Below are positions 36,387-38,635 of a DNA stretch of 38,635 nt, piece by piece. The stretch comes from Jimgerdemannia flammicorona. Taxonomy: Eukaryota. Numbering within the stretch: the stretch's first letter is position 1; every line of letters begins with the position of its first letter. Location: NCBI GenBank assembly GCA_003990765.1, contig RBNJ01000158.1, positions 1-38,635 on the forward strand. Reading direction: 5' to 3'. Made by a program: the position numbers and the translations under genes. Under the pieces are notes generated by a model. The model did no database searches. It had not been told where the DNA came from and was given only the letters and a program-made list of their open reading frames with translations.

Positions 36387-37723
36387 TGTGACAAACCCAA
36401 ACACATTACCAGAATTATAACTTAGCCAGATGATATGAATACTCAGTATAGTAACCAGTAATCATTGCTGTGGAAACTATATAAATAGCCAGACTACCAG
36501 ATAAGGTATATCTGTATAGGATCTATACACCTGTGCTGGATCTACACACTTGTACTAGACCTGCACAACTTACCATAAGTAGCAAATCTATAGTTAGCCA
36601 CATAGCAACCAGATAGCAACCAACTTGTATAAATTACCCCAGAGACAAGAGTAAATAAACCTCAGTCCAAAATACAAATACCAAAGAAGCCTCTAAAGAT
36701 TGAGCATTGGTCCCCTTTCCACTCTGGTCCACTTTTTGATATAAAGCTGATTTTGCTGCCAAGTTTAAGTGAAGAACTTTACTGTCTTTGGAATTATTGG
36801 TACACTTGCCAGACTAAGCCTGAAGAACCTGCTGCTTAAAGAATAAGCTATGCTATTGATATGCTTACCAGACTAAGTCTGAAGAATCCAAATTTGCTGC
36901 CAAGTTTAAGGAGAACTTTGCCACCATTTCTAAGTTATTTGCTGTATTCTCAGAAAGCCGCCTTGCTCAAGCTAGTTTCTGATACAACTTCACAGTAATC
37001 TATTTATGCAAATGAAGTCAGTCTTTGATACAACTTTATCAAGAGATCCTTTCCAAGAAGCTGCTAGCATATTTTCCAGTTGAAGCCACCGATTTAGAAG
37101 AATCTATGCCATCTGAGTTAATTTCTAGAGAACTCTGCCAATTCAGGAAGAATCTGTGACAACTGAGTTATTTGTTTATTCCCAGTGAGTCTGGTACAGA
37201 AGAACCTATGCCATCCTCTATTTCTAGTAAGCCAAATTGAGTTATCTGCCAGAAATTGCATACTTTTGGAAATCATCACACTATATAGAGATCATCATAC
37301 AGAGATCACTGTCACCCAAGAAGGAAAACTACTAAATTAACAGACCATCATATATAAGGAACCTGTGCTATATAAAGATCATTGCACTATACAAGATTGC
37401 TATATCCAGAGATTGTATACTTTTAGAGACCATTACCCAAGAAGAAAACCACTTGCACTATATACAAAATCCTACCAATTCCCAGTTGACTCAAGAAGAA
37501 AAGACACAAATCACTGCTACATCCAGAGAACCATCTCAATTAGAAAATTGACATACCAATCACTTGCAGATATCCAGCTTTAACTATTATACCACTAAAC
37601 ACCAAGAACCTCAGGAATCATAGAATATTTTGTTGCTTTTTAACAAAAGTAACTGGGGGCTTAAGCCAAACTACATCAATCCCCAACCTTATAATTTGCC
37701 TCCATTGAGCCAGGCACATTACA
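36387..37723 (+). repeat. 3' LTR of Gypsy C (1337 bp)
   Basis: TGTGACAA...ATTACA preceded by purine-rich GTGAGGGCTGA and followed by TSD ATAG. Confidence 0.95.
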
Positions 37724-38381
37724 ATAGCTAATCAATTAGATTAGATAAGCAAATTTACTAATGAGAAAAAAAAAACTTTTTAAAAAAAAAAGTTATATTT
37801 AAGTAAGCTAAGTATATCTCAATAAGAGTTATATAAGATTACTTTTTACTAAAGTATATAACTGAGATATATCGACTTTTATAATAGTATATCTTGAGGA
37901 AAAATATTATATTAAACTTTTAATTAGAATATTTAATAGTAGATAGAAGATTTGAGTATGAAAATTACTTTAATATAAGACAGAAAGAGGAAATTGTATA
38001 GATATCTGAACATTGGCTGAGAGAATACAAGATACTTAAAGAGAGATTGAGAACTGTCTGGAAATAAGATAGAGTATTGATAGAGGAGAGGAGCTGAAGA
38101 GATTATTAAGAGAAGAGAAGAAGACTTATATATGGGACGTGCTGCAACAAAACCAGACAAAGTGAACTTGTGAAAAAATGGCCCTAAATTTAGCTTTACT
38201 AGTATTGAACATATAGCAGGCTCAAGCGTAATGCACAGATATTACACTTCACATTGGAGTGCCGCCACCTATGAGAAAAACGCTGAAGAACAGGTGCAGG
38301 AGAAGAACGGGGGTTCAAATCCAATCTTTCCAAACGGAGGGAAATTAGACAACAATAATATTAGGTAAAAAATACCTCACC

Positions 38382-38635
38382 TGCTTTATCCCAGGCTCTG
38401 CGCTCCAGCTGAGTTTTCGGTGTCCACCATGGCTTGCGGATGTATTTAGATTTGCGGTTTGCAGGCCCGACTTCGTCGACGCCAAAAATTTCGTCAAACG
38501 GATGGTGGCATATCTGTAAACTTCCGATTGCATCGTTTCTTCCCTTATACATGTCCTATGTAATTATATTAATGACACATTTAAAGAAAACTTTCTGATG
38601 AAGAAGAGAGGGGAATCATCTTACCAAACAGTATT
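38382..38635 (-). CDS. 3' exons of an unidentified host gene running off the window (exon 38382-38555 and a partial exon from 38625)
   Basis: CpG-containing sequence; GTAAG..TAG intron 38556-38624 and GTGAG donor at 38381; spliced frame YCLDMYKGRNDAIGSLQICHHPFDEIFG... The last exon is not resolved. Confidence 0.55.

Larger units (their letters stand above)
21634..37723 (+). mobile_element. Full-length Ty3/Gypsy LTR retrotransposon C (gag-PR-dUTPase-RT-RNase H-IN), decayed, with nested LINE
   Basis: Paired LTRs, 4-bp TSD ATAG (21630-21633 and 37724-37727), PBS, Gypsy domain order. Confidence 0.96.

Noticed and set aside
38490..38635. Ricin-type lectin assignment for the right-edge gene (YCLD...LQICH)
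   Set aside because: Too little sequence and no QxW motif visible, so the gene is left unnamed.

Overview
Eukaryotic, most likely early-diverging fungal (inferred), repeat-rich region. An intact 19-exon CLC chloride/proton exchanger gene (16569-21144) lies between decayed retroelements, and the 3' end of a second intron-containing gene is at the right edge. The left side is a nested stack: an old + strand Ty3/Gypsy element (B) is interrupted by a - strand dUTPase-bearing Ty3/Gypsy element (A), which is interrupted by a Penelope-like element (PLE). The PLE has no endonuclease domain. It carries a Zn-knuckle/coiled-coil ORF1 in frame with its RT, 704-bp terminal direct repeats, a poly(A) tail and a ~3-kb inverted duplication. 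The junction of that duplication is what fold-back (self-primed) second-strand synthesis from a 200-bp terminal hairpin module would produce. The right side holds a full-length Ty3/Gypsy element (C; 1.34-kb LTRs, 4-bp TSD, tRNA-Pro-like PBS, dUTPase between protease and RT) with a full-length L1-type LINE (13-bp TSD, A63 tail) inserted in its integrase. Repeats show heavy C>T/G>A decay while the host gene keeps its CpGs. All calls come from reading motifs by eye; no database searches were run.
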